Positions 26,186 to 39,350 of a DNA stretch of 64,000 nt are shown in pieces (position 1 is the first letter of the stretch; each line of letters starts with the position of its first letter). Below the pieces are notes generated by a model. That model made no database searches and was not told the DNA's origin. It saw nothing but the letters and a program-made list of their open reading frames with translations. A program made the position numbers and the translations under genes. Source of the stretch: Camelus ferus (Eukaryota); contig NC_045706.1 in NCBI RefSeq assembly GCF_009834535.1, positions 30,444,001 to 30,508,000 on the forward strand, written 5' to 3'.

Positions 26186-27344
26186 TTAGGTGGACAGCCA
26201 TCTTCTTTTGGAGCATGTAAACCCACAGGCTGAGGCCATGCAACTGCCACCAAAATCAGCCTGGTTAATTAGGCAAGGCCAATTTCCAAGGTCCAATGGC
26301 AACAGGATCTTTCTGTGCCTTGTGCCTCATGGCACCTTGTTACCAACAACTGAGTTGTCACATCACATCCAACCTGCACTAGGTGTTCAGGGCACACGGC
26401 CGCAGCCTGAGTTTTCTCTCACTTCGTAAGGAAGGAAAGCATTGCTTTCCCTAACACATAATGAGTTAATCATAGTAATTCCAGTGAGCATTGCCGTTTA
26501 TTGAGCACTTACTATGTGCTTTGCCAAATCATCTCATAAAACTTCTCAACAACCTTAAGGGCTAAATATTATCACCCTCCCTTTTTCAGTTGAGCAGAAT
26601 GAAGCTCAAGGAGGTTTGGTGCTGCTGGGAGGAGGCAGGGTTGAGATTCAAACCCAAGCCTACCAGCCTCTCTATGCTCTTAACTCAATCTGGCATGAGG
26701 AGTTAGCTGTTCCAGAGCTTCCAGCTTAGATTAGGATTTCACGAAGTTCTAGAACAACCCCATAAAGTCCTGAGTGGTAGCTGGGGCAGTCCAGCCTCGA
26801 CTTGTTACTGGTTTGCTCTAGGTATGAACTGCTTCTTGCTCTAGAATAAACTGACTTTCCCCTGAGATAGGAAAGAGACACTACTTGTGATTTTTCTGAA
26901 GCTTTAGGTCACTGGTGGCAGAAGACAAGGAAGAGGCACCCATGAGAAAAGTGAAAGAGGGGTACCCGTTGTGGGTATTGCTCGTGAAAGTCACTTTGGG
27001 AAATCTTGGAAGACAATATGAGGGGGTCTGTCAGTGGCCTAGCTGGGCATCCTTTGGTAAGTGTTCAACATTTACCAATAGATTCTGATCTCCTATAGGG
27101 AGCTTGGCTCTAGGAAATGTAGAGAGAGCAGGGCAAATCTGACCCCATGTCTTCTGACAGCAGCTTTAAAGGCTCCAAGGCAGTGAGTTCTGCATTAACT
27201 CCTTCTATTAATTGGCTCTATCCACAGGCATTATCTTATTTGTGACCCTTTTCAGGGCTCAGCTGATTCTGTGACCTTGGGAAAATCATTTAACTTCTTT
27301 GGGTTTCAGCGTTCTCTTCTGTGCACTGAGGGTTGGTACTAGAT

Positions 27345-27531
27345 CAGAGATGACCACTAGTTATCAGCCAGGAAGCAGTATTGATTGACTGATTGATTGT
27401 GACTGCCTAGAGAACTGTGTTGAGGAAGATTCTGTTCTCTGCAAGGAAGAACACCATGATAGATTAGCGATGTCTGTCTGGGGTGAGGGAGGGGATAGTG
27501 ACTGTCTGTGTAACATATATTTGTCATCCTA
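27345..27531. mobile_element. hAT-Charlie MITE (MER102-like) in a MIR, LGI1 intron 7
   Basis: 8-bp TSD tactagat / gactagat; internal ctgtgttgaggaagattctg...gattagcgatgtctg. Confidence 0.6.
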
Positions 27532-28714
27532 GACTAGATGATGCCCTATGAAAGTCTGCAAATATATGATTCATTTTTTCTTTCAAGTACTCATCTAAAG
27601 ATTCATTCAAAGCAATTGACAGACTGTACACACATAAGAAGAGCCTGGTGTAGATTGCACAAAGCCCTGCTGCAATCCACTGGAAAACTGGTGGGGCTTA
27701 GGGAGAAGGGGGAACACAGCCTTCCCCCTGGAAAAGGAAAGAGGATTCTGGGAGGGCCGCAGTTTGTAGGAGATTCCTTCATCTGGGCACCTCTGTCTCC
27801 CAAACCTGTCTGGATCCTTTGAACGATGGGGCTGATAACCACCAACTAAATCCAAATTTAACCGTCCCAGCTTTGTCTAATGGGTGACCTTTTATGGGGA
27901 TGTGTGAGTGCTCTTAGGAGCAGATTTAAAGGTATTTAGAAGCTAAAGATGATATAAAGGTATTTCAGAGGTTATAATTTGTGATTTAAACATTTAAAAG
28001 TTGTTGAAATGAGAAGGAACTTAAGATATCACCTAAGTAAAAGTTTTCATGGGAAAAAAAAGAAGATTTCCATGGTAAAATTAAATGCAAAAAATACTAG
28101 AAAGTGGTTTGTTTCCTCACGGCAAGATGGCTCAGGGCCTCTAATATGTATTATGATGAATCTCTAAGAGGGAGATATGGTTCACAAGTTTATTGGACCA
28201 CAAAACCCTTTATGTCACAAGGGATACATTTTGCAAAAGTAATGTTTTTGCAAAAAAGTTTGAGACTCATTGATCTAAAATAACTTTCTTTCTTACTTTA
28301 TAGTTAAGGAAAGCAGGGGCCCAGTGAGGGTGAGTGGCTTGACCTCTTAGCTTGTAGCTGAACCTAGATTAGAACTCATAGTTCCTAATCCAATACTTCT
28401 TCTTCGAAGAAAAACAACCCACCTTCTATTGCATATTTACTAAGCTAGGTCCTATGCTAAGTTTCTTAAATGTGTGATCTCATTATTTACTAATAACCCT
28501 GCAAGTTAGGTATTATTATTCCCATTTTACAAGTGAGGAAATTAAGGTTTAGGGAACAATCCCAGGTACTCAGTAAATTGTAGAATTGGGATTCAGATGA
28601 CTCTGTCTAAAGCATTCCCCAATATTACTCTTCTTTTCCTACTGGAAAAGATTCCTTTTCCCTTGGCCCAAGTAGCTTAACTTTCCACTCAAAATACGAT
28701 CAGGCTTTTCTTAC

Positions 28715-28879
28715 CTGTAATGTTATCATAATTCCGGAAGGTCTTTTCTACATGGTCCCATTCAAGGAAAATGCACTTTCCAGTAAAAGGCTGAGCGATG
28801 ACTACATACTCATCATTCATATAAGAAAAAGTGTCTATGGACAGTGATTGATAAGGCAGGTCTTGAGACTTTGCAAATT
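28715..28879 (-). CDS. LGI1: LGI1 exon 7 (165 nt, start of EPTP repeats)
   Basis: Encodes [20 protein letters not shown]...[11 protein letters not shown]; tgcAG acceptor, G|GTAAGA donor. Confidence 0.98.
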
Positions 28880-29153
28880 CTGCAAAAATGGAAAATGATG
28901 ATAAGTAACTGTGCTCATGCCTCATTCCTTGGCCAGATCTCAAATGTCCATAAGAAATACATTTATTCTAGAGAAACAGTGAAATGGCAATTATACTTTG
29001 CTTTTAAACATGAGAAATTTTAATGGTTCATAATATTTTTAAAGTTGAATTGTTCAGTTAGTTTTTAAGATATAAAAAATATCGGTTCTTGCATGTGCAA
29101 AAAAGTAGCCCTTATTTTAATTTTTTGAGGTGGAATGACTTGGAATACGTTAC

Positions 29154-29323
29154 CTGTAATGATGCAATCAAAATCCTTGGGGGAGAGACTGTTGATTTTG
29201 CGCTTCTTGTATTCGGGGGGGCCTTCACAATAGATGTCCTCAACAGTTGCATTGGTGTGGCCAAGCCATTCCACTAGCCACTTCAGTTTACAGTCGCAAT
29301 TAAATGAATTACCTCTCAGGTCC
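29154..29323 (-). CDS. LGI1: LGI1 exon 6 (170 nt, LRRCT)
   Basis: Encodes [20 protein letters not shown]...[25 protein letters not shown]; ttcAG acceptor, G|GTAACG donor. Confidence 0.98.
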
Positions 29324-29580
29324 CTGAAAGACAAACTTCAGCTGCTTTTGATATACGAGGATCCTTCCTTCACAGGCATGACTTTTACTTCAGCAATTAA
29401 CATGGGCAGAATGGCCTCACCTAGCTTTATATCATGCCCCACATTCCACCTTGAACCTGACTGACCGTTCTCTTTGGGCTCAGAGAATTAGCGCAGTGCA
29501 CTCTTGTTGGCTCCTCCAGTCAATGGAAACTCATAATGGAACCTCATGTGTTTTGGATTCAAACGTACCTCAGTCTAGAG

Positions 29581-30114
29581 CTGTGCTGCCCACAAAAATA
29601 TAATGTGAACCACATATATAATTTAGAGTTTCCTACAGACACATTAAAAAAGTAAAAAGAAACAGGTGAATTTATTTTTATAGCTTATATTATGTAACCC
29701 AATACATAATTTTATCATTTTGACATGTAGCCAATATGAAAATTACTAATCAGATATTTTACATTCTCTTTTTATACTAAGGTCTTTGAAGTCTAAAATG
29801 TATTTTATACTTACAATATGTCTCAATTTGGACAATAACATTTCAGCAGAAATTCCTGATTTGTATTTAGATTTGATAAAATTTACAGTTGAAAAAAAAA
29901 AAGATTCATGTTGTTGTTCCCCAAGTTGTTCCAAACATCCTTAAAAGTTTTCCAATGGTTGAACAGAGAATCAGGTTTTAAATTTAAATTTAGTTTTTCA
30001 CTTAATGTTTTAAAAAATTAAGTAGGATTTAAAATTCAGTTCCTCAGTTACACTAGGAACACATTTCAAGTGTTCTGTGACCACATGTGTGGCTATTATT
30101 ATTGGAAAATGCAG
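29581..30114. mobile_element. Charlie1b/MER33-type hAT element, intron 5
   Basis: TSD gtctagag (29573-29580) / gtctagaa (30115-30122); acattaaaaaagtaaaaagaaacaggtgaa and ccacatgtgtggcta motifs. Confidence 0.85.
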
Positions 30115-31880
30115 GTCTAGAAGTCAGAATGTTGTGATTGTTGTACCATATTTAATTAAACTGAGTGAGCTATTTGCTTTTCTTCTTCCTCACAGATGTA
30201 ATTAATCCTGATCCTATTCCATGGTCTACAAATTCAGTTTTAATAGGAAGTGACTTCGACACAGCCGAATTAACGCAGACATACAATAGCTCATGTCCCT
30301 AATAAACTGTGCAGCATAGTTTAAATTTCCACATATGATCCCAACTCACCAAGTTCTGTTTATTTGCATTGTTTCTGTTCAGAAACTCTCTTTCCTAAAA
30401 CCGTTCTTGGTCACAGAGAATTCCTAAAATAGGTATTGCCTCCTTTTCACAGAACACATGAATCAGTTTTTAATGTTGAAGCATTTAAAAATGTGTTTTA
30501 TAGGATACATTCAAGAAGACCAGCAAATCCACTTAGAAGGCAAGTTGGCATGAATCCTTGCACTCAGATAATTCTTGAATTGGGCATGTCAGCCAAAGCC
30601 ATTGTGGGATTCCCTGGAGAAACTGAGCCAATTTCAAGTGTTTTTCTTTTGCTAGTGTGGGGTACTGGCTGACACAAGGTTGGGCCAGAGGGTCCCCAAA
30701 TAAGCTGTATCCCCAATATCTACAATGATATCATCTAACTTCCAAGACATTCCCAGGACTGACCTCATATCCCAAGAATACTCTGACCCAGAATAAGGAG
30801 TGTCAACTTTTCTGGGCTATGGTGAACCAGAGTGGATAACTGTGGTCTGTCCGAGACTCTTTGGAAGTGTCCTGATTCTGACACTCTCTTGGCAATAAAC
30901 CATCTTTCAGGAACTGGGGTAATAGGCATGGATGAAGGGCTGGGGGAATACTACAAGGAACAAAGAAAGTTTTTCATTAGCTTACTGATTTGAAGATAAA
31001 TACTGGATTTAGGAGAAAATACTTGACTCAATTTTTTTGTTATCAGAGAAAAGTTGTTTTGAATATATATTCTATAGTGAAGTACCTGAATAATAAGAAC
31101 TCTGTTTTCGTATACCTTTTTGTTGGTTCCTGTATTCTACCTTATGACATTTAAATACTTTTCTAATGTTCTGGAAGGCACTTATTGAAGCTAAATTGCT
31201 TTTGAGAGGGTTAGACATATATTAGTTGCTTTGCTTACTGCAAAATAGACAAATTCCTTACAAAGATCTTTCACTCTGAGACTTAAAAGTCAAAGTTTGA
31301 AAGCTCGTTTGTTTGAAAAAGGGTCAAAAGTAATTAAGTTCATTCCCTTCCTGGGGCTTAAGCCAAATTCCTGGGGATTAAGCCTAGAGTTTTTGTTCAG
31401 TCTAAGGAGAGAAAAGGCAAACTTCTTTCCTTCCCCCACTTCCTGCTCCATTTCTCTGTTGACTGACCAACCCATGAGTGTAACCTTTCATCTTTACTCT
31501 GTCAGTTTCCCAGACTTCTTTGTTTTCCTTTGTAGCCCAATTTCCTGGACCTTATGTGAAAAAAAGGCATCTTGAAATTTCTATCTAGCCCTCCTCTCTC
31601 CCCCTTCTCCAAGTCCCTGTCATCACTTTCTCCCATACAGACACACACACACTTTATCAAAGGAAAGCTTGGGACTGTATTTTCATAATATAGTGGTAGA
31701 TACCATAGGAGACGCAAACATTAGTCCAACTAAATTTAAAATTTAAAACAATTTAAAATTTAAATTTAAAAATTCTCGTTTAATTTAAAGCCAATTAAAC
31801 ATTTTCATAATCAACACCAGGCTTCTTTGTTAACTACTGCAAGTTAATTAATGAATCAGTGATTGTTTTAGGTCCTCTTA

Positions 31881-32057
<177 letters not shown>

Positions 32058-33254
32058 CTACTAAATTACTTGTAGTACTTTTTTTTTCCCCTTCTAAGAT
32101 TTGACTCAGATTCCTGCTATTGTATTTTCAATTCCTAGCCTCTTTGCTTCAACGCCCACTCAGTATTTATGGCCCTTTATTATTATAGTATTAAACAAAC
32201 AAACTAGCAACCCGCCCCACCCCAGCCCCCAAATACCAGTCACAAAATGATGCCTGGGCATCAGCCTTTCTGTTTAGCCCTGAACATGAGATTCACACTC
32301 TCAGATGTTCCATCTAGCAGACGTCTCCCAGTGATGACTAACTAAATTGGTTAGTGTCTGTCTCAGCGTGCTCTCTTCCTTCACACTCAGGCTGCCCTTC
32401 TCTTCCCTCTCCCCACAAATTTGCTCCGCAGAGCAGCTCAACCTCTAACTGATGATACCAACAGCTCTCAAATTTGGGGGCCTGTCTAATGCATCCCGCC
32501 TCCAGCACATCTTCTCTCTTTCCAAAGTAAACACCTCCTTTTTCTACCTTTTTTCCCTTTTAGCTCTATTCACTTCTCCTTAGAAGACAGCTTCCTCATG
32601 AATACCCATGCCTCCATCCGTCCTCTATCATCATCTCCTTTCCCTTTCTTCCAGTTCTCGCCCTATTGTCACAGGAACTGTTTTCCCCTTCTCTTTTACT
32701 TGTTCTTCCATGTCTCACTAGAATGATTCTAATCAAGGTTCATGAGTAGGAAACAGTCCTGAAAGTATCAAGGAAAGGGAAATATCCACACTGCAGAAAT
32801 GTGTACATAACAAGGAGCAGACGCTGTATGCCAGGGAAGGGTACTAGGTACTGATCATTTTCTATTTTTAACCAGTATTATACATATACATATTACATAC
32901 TTTTCTTAGAAGTGTTTTTAATTTTCACAAAAGCATTAAAAACGAAAACGAAAATGGGAACAAAAGAGCCTTTGCTGTCGGCCGCCAAAGCCCTTGAAAA
33001 TTCTCTCAAATTCCATTCAAAACACTCTCAAAAGTCTTCTATGTTTTCCACCTCCTCTAATTAACATGCGATTTCTCAAGTGCAAGCATTCGGAAGACTT
33101 TTAAAACCTATTTTTAAGTTAATTATGTTGTTTTTCTGAGTTTTAGACATTCCCACTAGATTAGAAAACTTTTTTCAATGAACCTTGGAACGGAAGAAAG
33201 GGAACTGAATCAGAAGGTTCCATTCCCAATGACAGTCCATTTTGGGCGAGGGGC

Positions 33255-33460
33255 GCGGCTTTGGAGCCATTCTGAGCTCGGTTTGAATCCTGACTGCACT
33301 ATTTACTGGCACTGTGACTTTGGCTGTGTATCTTCTCTGCGACTCAGCTTCTTCATTTTTAAGTGGAGGGAATAATACCTCATTTCATAAGATTGTTAGA
33401 TAAAGTAAATGAGAGAACTCAGGATAGTAGCTGGCATCTGGACCACTCTCAATAAAGGGC
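33255..33460 (+). mobile_element. MIR SINE
   Basis: ggctttggagcc...ggtttgaatcctgactgcactatttactgg...ctcagcttcttcattttt. Confidence 0.7.
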
Positions 33461-36400
33461 AGCTGGGGGGTGGGCAGGAAGGAGAAGAGCTTTTGTGTGG
33501 CCATGGCCCAAGAAACAGCATTTAGAAAACTGACCACATGAATGAACTGCTGTGACTGTCCACATAGATAGTATTAACAAAGTGCTGCTACTGAAGATTA
33601 TTCAAGAGAACGTCTCCATAATTCATTTCACCCACTGGTGGTCCAATAGAAATTTCCTTTTATCTTGGACCAGACTGGAGTCACTCTCCAGTTAAGTGTC
33701 TCAGTTGATTTGCTGGCCCAACATGACCTAAAGTCCTCATGCTAACTTCTCCAAAGTGGACATCCCTACCCCAGAAACCAGCACAGAGTGCAACTGGCTA
33801 GGGGGTACGAGCTTGGAGGAGGCTGGATCACAGGACAGTGGGAGTGAGATGTTGAAAGAGTCAAGTCCTGAATCACTAGGGCCACTAGGGTTGCACAGAA
33901 AGAGCCACCATGTTTTCCTTGCTGCCCCACGTGGTTCTTTTAAGCACCTGGTGAATCTAAGAGTTCCTGCCCAAAGAATAGAATTCTAGGCCTCGGCTAC
34001 CCGAGGTGTTAAGAGGCGATGAGTTTGACTGCAGGTTTTTCTAGGGGGTGGGAATGCGCTGTATCTGAGTATCTGATGAGGAGTAGAGCTGACTGGGAGA
34101 GGAGAGAAGACAGGGCAGTGAGAGGGCTGAGAAAAACATTTCATCACTCTTCATTTCTTTTTCTAGTGAGTATGGGAAGGATGTTTTTCTTACCACTGTA
34201 CACACGGTGCATGGCATATTGTAAGATACTTTTGAATGAATGAAGAAATGAATGGGGCAAGCTGGAGTGGATAAGAGGAAGGGCACCAATCTAGACAAAG
34301 AAAGAGCAGCAAATGCTTCTTCTAGGCCCCTTGCACCAAGACACTGGGTTAGGGAGAAAGTGGAAAGGCCCAGGAATTACCATTGCCCCACCCCCACACC
34401 ACATGCACCCACTGCTCACAAAGTGCCCTTCTCCTCTGAGCCTCAGGGTGGTACTAATCCCCAAACAATAGGAAGGCTCTTGAAAGTGCACCATTCTCTA
34501 GGCCCTGATTCAGAGTCTACCTAAGAAACATTCTTTAAAACACCCAGGAAACTGCCCAACTGAAAATCTAGCTGCCTTGAGACTAGCTGAGAAGGGTCCA
34601 GCATTCCTTTCCCCGCGGAATTGATGGCCATTCCTTCCGCTTTGGTGTTTTCATGGTTTACCTGAGAAAACCTCAGATTAGGGACTATGGAAGCTACTAG
34701 AAAGTCTCCTCTCTAAGGCAGACCAGACTGGTTCAGACAGCACGTTTGTTTCAGTGCCGCTGGACTCTGCTGCTAGGAAAGCATCGCCCACGGCCATCTG
34801 GGGCGCCCCCAGCCTCCCCACAGTGCAGATTCCCAGTGTGAGCTGGAGTCTCACTGAATGTGCGGTACTTCAAGTGCAGTTATTTTAATTTCATACAAAA
34901 TGTTTAAAGGAGATAAATACACTGCAGCATTTGGAATCTGGATCCAGGAGCAGTAGAGGTTAGGCAGTGAAATTTTGTTTATTTCTACATAATGGTGCTT
35001 GCTGCATACCAGGCTCTGTTCTAGGCACTCTGCACAGATTAACTCCTTTAATCTCATGACATCCTGAGGATCTAAGTACTCCTAAGTCTCTTATTATCCT
35101 CCACCTCCATTTTTCAGATGATTATTATCACTTCCACTCGACACAGAAGAAATCGGAGGCACCAGGAAGCTTAGTGACCTTCCTTATGTCCCACAGCTGT
35201 TAACAGGTAAAGCCAGGCTTTGAACCCAGGCAGTCTGGGGCAGAGATCCCCCTCAGCCACATATTGCATGGCCTTTTTACATTCATGTCATTGTGAAGGC
35301 TGAAATGAGGACATCCTGCCTGACTGGTGGGGGACACAGAGACACCCTGAGTTTGAGGACTGCTGTATCTGTCTTTTGCACCCCCACAGTGCTGAGCAGA
35401 CAATAGGTGCTCCACAACATGTATAGATCAACAGCAGTTTTCCCCAAATATTTTTATACACGCATGCAAACAATCATGCCTCCAATGGTCCTTAGCCACA
35501 ATGACACTTATGTGATGCCCAAGGGAACTTCATGGGTGTTACAGAATACATAGTGTTTAAAGATTTTGTCATCATTGGCCATAAACTATTTTTTAATTCA
35601 TTCTTCCCTGATTTCAAAAGTAATACATGGTCATCAGAAAATTCAAACCGTTCTGAGAAATATAAATTATGTGAACATTTAAATTAATCACCTATAATGC
35701 TAGGACACTAATTCAAAATTAAGTAATCAAGGGAGGGTCCTGGGATTTGACAGGTTTTATAAGAACTTAAATATAAGGAACTCTTAAAATCTATATATAT
35801 ATAAAGAACTCTCTTTTGGGGGGTTAGTTTGAGGGGACGGGGGTCTATATAGTAACTTTTAAGTTGCCTGTAAATGTCTCTTTTAGAAGATAAGTCTACT
35901 GAGATAGATGTATAAGAAGGTGAGATAAGTTCATTGCTTCTTTAGGAATGAACTGAATTTATACAAATGCTCAGGTGGGTCCCTCAGAGCAGTTTTAACT
36001 TTAGGCCAGAGAGGGAACCACCTGGAGCTAAACATATATGTCTCATCCCAACTATTTGCATTTGGAGACTAAGAGTGAGAGTAGGGCTCCTTTCTTCCGC
36101 ATCTTCTCTTTCTTCCCCAGCCATATATGCTTCTCAAATCACGTCCTGTGGAAGGATCCAGCCAGCTCAATGAAAGCTTCCTGATCCTGCTATAACTGAC
36201 ACATTGAAAGGGCACTAGACATCTCATTAAAGACCTTGGGAAGCTTCTGGCTCTACTGCCGCTAACTGGGGAGCAGCTTAAGCTCAGGGAGTACCTCTGT
36301 GTTCTCATTCTTCAGCGGGGTTGGTGCTAGTGCCCTGTCTCTTTCATATGGTCATCAAGAGACTTTAATGAGATCAAGAATATGAAGAGTCTCTGTAAAT

Positions 36401-36876
36401 TCTTCCTGCAGTATGTGCAGGTTAGAGGGCCAGGTGATGGTTCCTTACTGCCTGAATGTTTGCCTTTAATTTGGAAGAATTGGTCTGAGGTGGAGAAAAG
36501 TGCACTTTGAAACCTAAAATCTTAAAAAGGAAATTAATGGCTCAGATAAATGCCAGATCTATTTATAAGTGGTAAATAATGGAAAATGAACTTGATGTAC
36601 TGAACAATCAGAGGGACATTTGGGTTTCAAATCCTTCCTGCCTATCTCTCCTGAGAAGGAAAAAAGGGAAAGAAGAGAAGAAAAAAGAATGGAAGGGAGG
36701 AAAGAAAGAAAGAGAGAAATACACCTGGAAGAACAACATAATTAGAAAGTAGAACATAATTTGGGACAAGGCACCCAGGAGAAAATATTTGTTGTCCAAT
36801 TCCTCTTGTTGGACTGAGCTCCTCCAGGTTGGAGCTGGATCTTGTTCATCTTTGTGTGGCACCTGCTAGAAACTAT

Positions 36877-36956
36877 TTAGGATGAACCATATGGCATTGC
36901 CATTTTTGTAGATCAAACACAGTCTAATATTGGCAATGCCATACGAATCAACCTAA
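36877..36956. mobile_element. MADE2 mariner MITE (80-bp palindrome), intron 4
   Basis: ttaggatgaaccatatggcattgcca...tggcaatgccatacgaatcaacctaa terminal inverted repeats. Confidence 0.85.
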
Positions 36957-38455
36957 GTGTTCAGTAAAGATGCAAGAGATCTATGGGGCATATTCAGTCA
37001 CCTTTAACCTGCTCCCTCCTAACACCTCCTTCCCATGTCTAGCGCCCGGATAGAGAGGTGGGACTCTGCTTTCACTGCCTGTTTGTCCCTTAAGATTCAC
37101 GCCTCTCTCTCTGAAGGCTGCCTTTTGTGTTCCCTCGAGTTTCAAATTTTCTAAGTATTAAGCACCTGCTGTACCAGTGTCCCCCTTTTACGCTTTTCAT
37201 ACTTTTAAAGAAAGGGCCACATTTTGACCCAAATTTAAATTCCTATTTCATTTGATGGACATAATGGGTGCTAGACAAACACAATGAATGTTCTTCACTA
37301 GGGTGTTGTATAGGTTTTTTTTCTTTCCTCTCTTCCTCCCTCCCTCCCTTCTATCCTCCCTTCCAGGCGAGGTAGGCCTTTAGCCTGGAGCGAAGATACA
37401 CTTGAGTGAACTCTGGGTCCCAGCAAGGCTTATATCACAGGTTTCCAGACAGAACACCTGGGTCTTACATCCTTCCTTAGCCCTTATGATGCGGAGCCGT
37501 TAGACAGAGCCATGTTGAATGGAATTGATGTGAATCAAGTGAATCTCAAGTTGAAGTCCTGAACTTCCATTTCTCCTTCCACATATTCATTTCTTTGTTT
37601 TTGTCTGAAAGGTTAGGCTGGAAAGTGTTTAGCTCTGTGATCACACTGCACGGCATTCATACTGTACGGAGCCCATTTTTGTACCACATTATAACATTGA
37701 CATGAAAAGCAGCATTGTAAATGCTGTTTGTTTTATCAACATGTTTTTTCTTATTATTTTATAGTGATTATATATAGAAGCCTTAAAAGGTATAGTGATT
37801 TTGTAAAATACATCAGGCCATCAATTCCCCTTGGCTGCCAATCCAATCAGCAGTAGAGGCAGGACCTAGTAAAAGCAGCATGATGACCACGGACACATGA
37901 GAACGCAGGCTCCAAGGGCAGGCGTTTTTGCCTGCCTTGTCACCTGCTGCATCCTAGGGCCTAGAGCAGAGCTGGGAACGAGGTATTGTGAGGCCACAGG
38001 TTAAAGCTGACAGCACGACTATGATGCTTGGATCTCTTGCATTTTATCTAACACTGATGAGACACATATTGGGCCCTTGAGATATAGTTGTTGGATGGAT
38101 GTGTAGCCATGGTGGTTCAGCTACTGAGCCGATGCTCTTGGAAGTGCATAACTACTCTGTTTACTAGTCATATGTCCACTCCAAGCTTCTGTCTCCTCAT
38201 TTCTGAAATGGGGTTAGCATGCCTATCTGGCAGGAACTGTTGAGAGGATTAAATGGAAATTCATGTAAAGCATACTGACCAACATAATAATAATAGTAGG
38301 CACTCAACAAATGTTAGTGCCTTTTCTTCCCATGCCTTTCTAGTGTCCTTAAAAATACGTGTGTGTGCGCGCAGGCATGCGAGCATATGCATGTGCGCAT
38401 ATGCATGTAGGGGGCGGGGAGGGTAAGGGAAACAAGTTATTTGGTTCATGTTGTT

Positions 38456-38644
38456 CAGGGTTTCTCAGCCTTGGCACTGTGCCATTTCAGGCTGGATAAT
38501 TCTTTGTTGTGAGGCTGTTCCGTGTGTTGCAGGGTGTTTAGTTGCATCGCTGCCCTCTACCCACAGATTCCAGTTACATCCTCTAGATTTGACAACCAAA
38601 CATGCCTCTGGATATTGGCAAATGTTCCCTGTTAAGAACAACCG
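38456..38644 (+). mobile_element. MER20 (hAT-Charlie)
   Basis: cagggtttctcagccttggcactgt...ggctggataattctttgttgtg...gacaaccaaa...ggcaaatgttccctg. Confidence 0.85.
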
Positions 38645-39107
38645 ATATAGCTCCAGTCACCCATTGAATAATCAAATGTTTCATTAAACAAGTTGTTCAG
38701 GTACTGTGTAGACATTGCCTGTGGTTCTAGTATATGTTTAAATGTATTTGAAATCAGGGCTTATACAGACAAAGAAAAGCAGCAAATATCAAATGAAGCT
38801 ATATAGTCAATTCATGAGGTGAGTAAAGATGTAGATAATAAAAATGTTTTTTTCAGTCACATAATTTCCCTGCTAATATTTGATTGTTTTCTTAATCATT
38901 GTTAGTTTGGGCTAATATTACTAGTAATTGGTTTCTTGGACATACACCGGCTGAGGACAGGCAGAGATGGCAAGGGTGCATGAAGAGAAATCATTTGGAT
39001 TTCTTACATTTTCAAGGATACTCATAAAGTGAGTGCTTTAACAACAGGTTATCAAGCTGCATTGTCCACTGGCAAGTTTAAGAAGTAACAGCAACTTTCA
39101 TACTTAC

Positions 39108-39179
39108 AGGTGAATTAGAGACTTTAGTCCCCGGAAAGTATGTCTGGAAATGGACTTGATGTTGTTGTTTTCTATGAAT
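39108..39179 (-). CDS. LGI1: LGI1 exon 4 (72 nt, LRR)
   Basis: Encodes FIENNNIKSISRHTFRGLKSLIHL; gcAG acceptor, GTAAGT donor; preceded by a 99-nt intron. Confidence 0.98.
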
Positions 39180-39278
39180 CTGCAATAGGTTACAATATTT
39201 TTTGTCAGACAGCTGTAGGAACCTGAGAGCCCTTGTCCTGAATTACGTTTTTAAAAGAAAAAAAGCGTTTTTACTTAC

Positions 39279-39350
39279 AAATACTCTAAATGAGGGAGAC
39301 CAATAAACGCATCATCACTGATCACATCAAAGGAGTTCGATGTGAATAAC
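39279..39350 (-). CDS. LGI1: LGI1 exon 3 (72 nt, LRR)
   Basis: Encodes LFTSNSFDVISDDAFIGLPHLEYL; cAG acceptor, GTAAGT donor. Confidence 0.98.

Noticed and set aside
34750..34772. RE1/NRSE (REST) site
   Set aside because: Left half has two mismatches, the spacer is non-canonical and the right half matches poorly.
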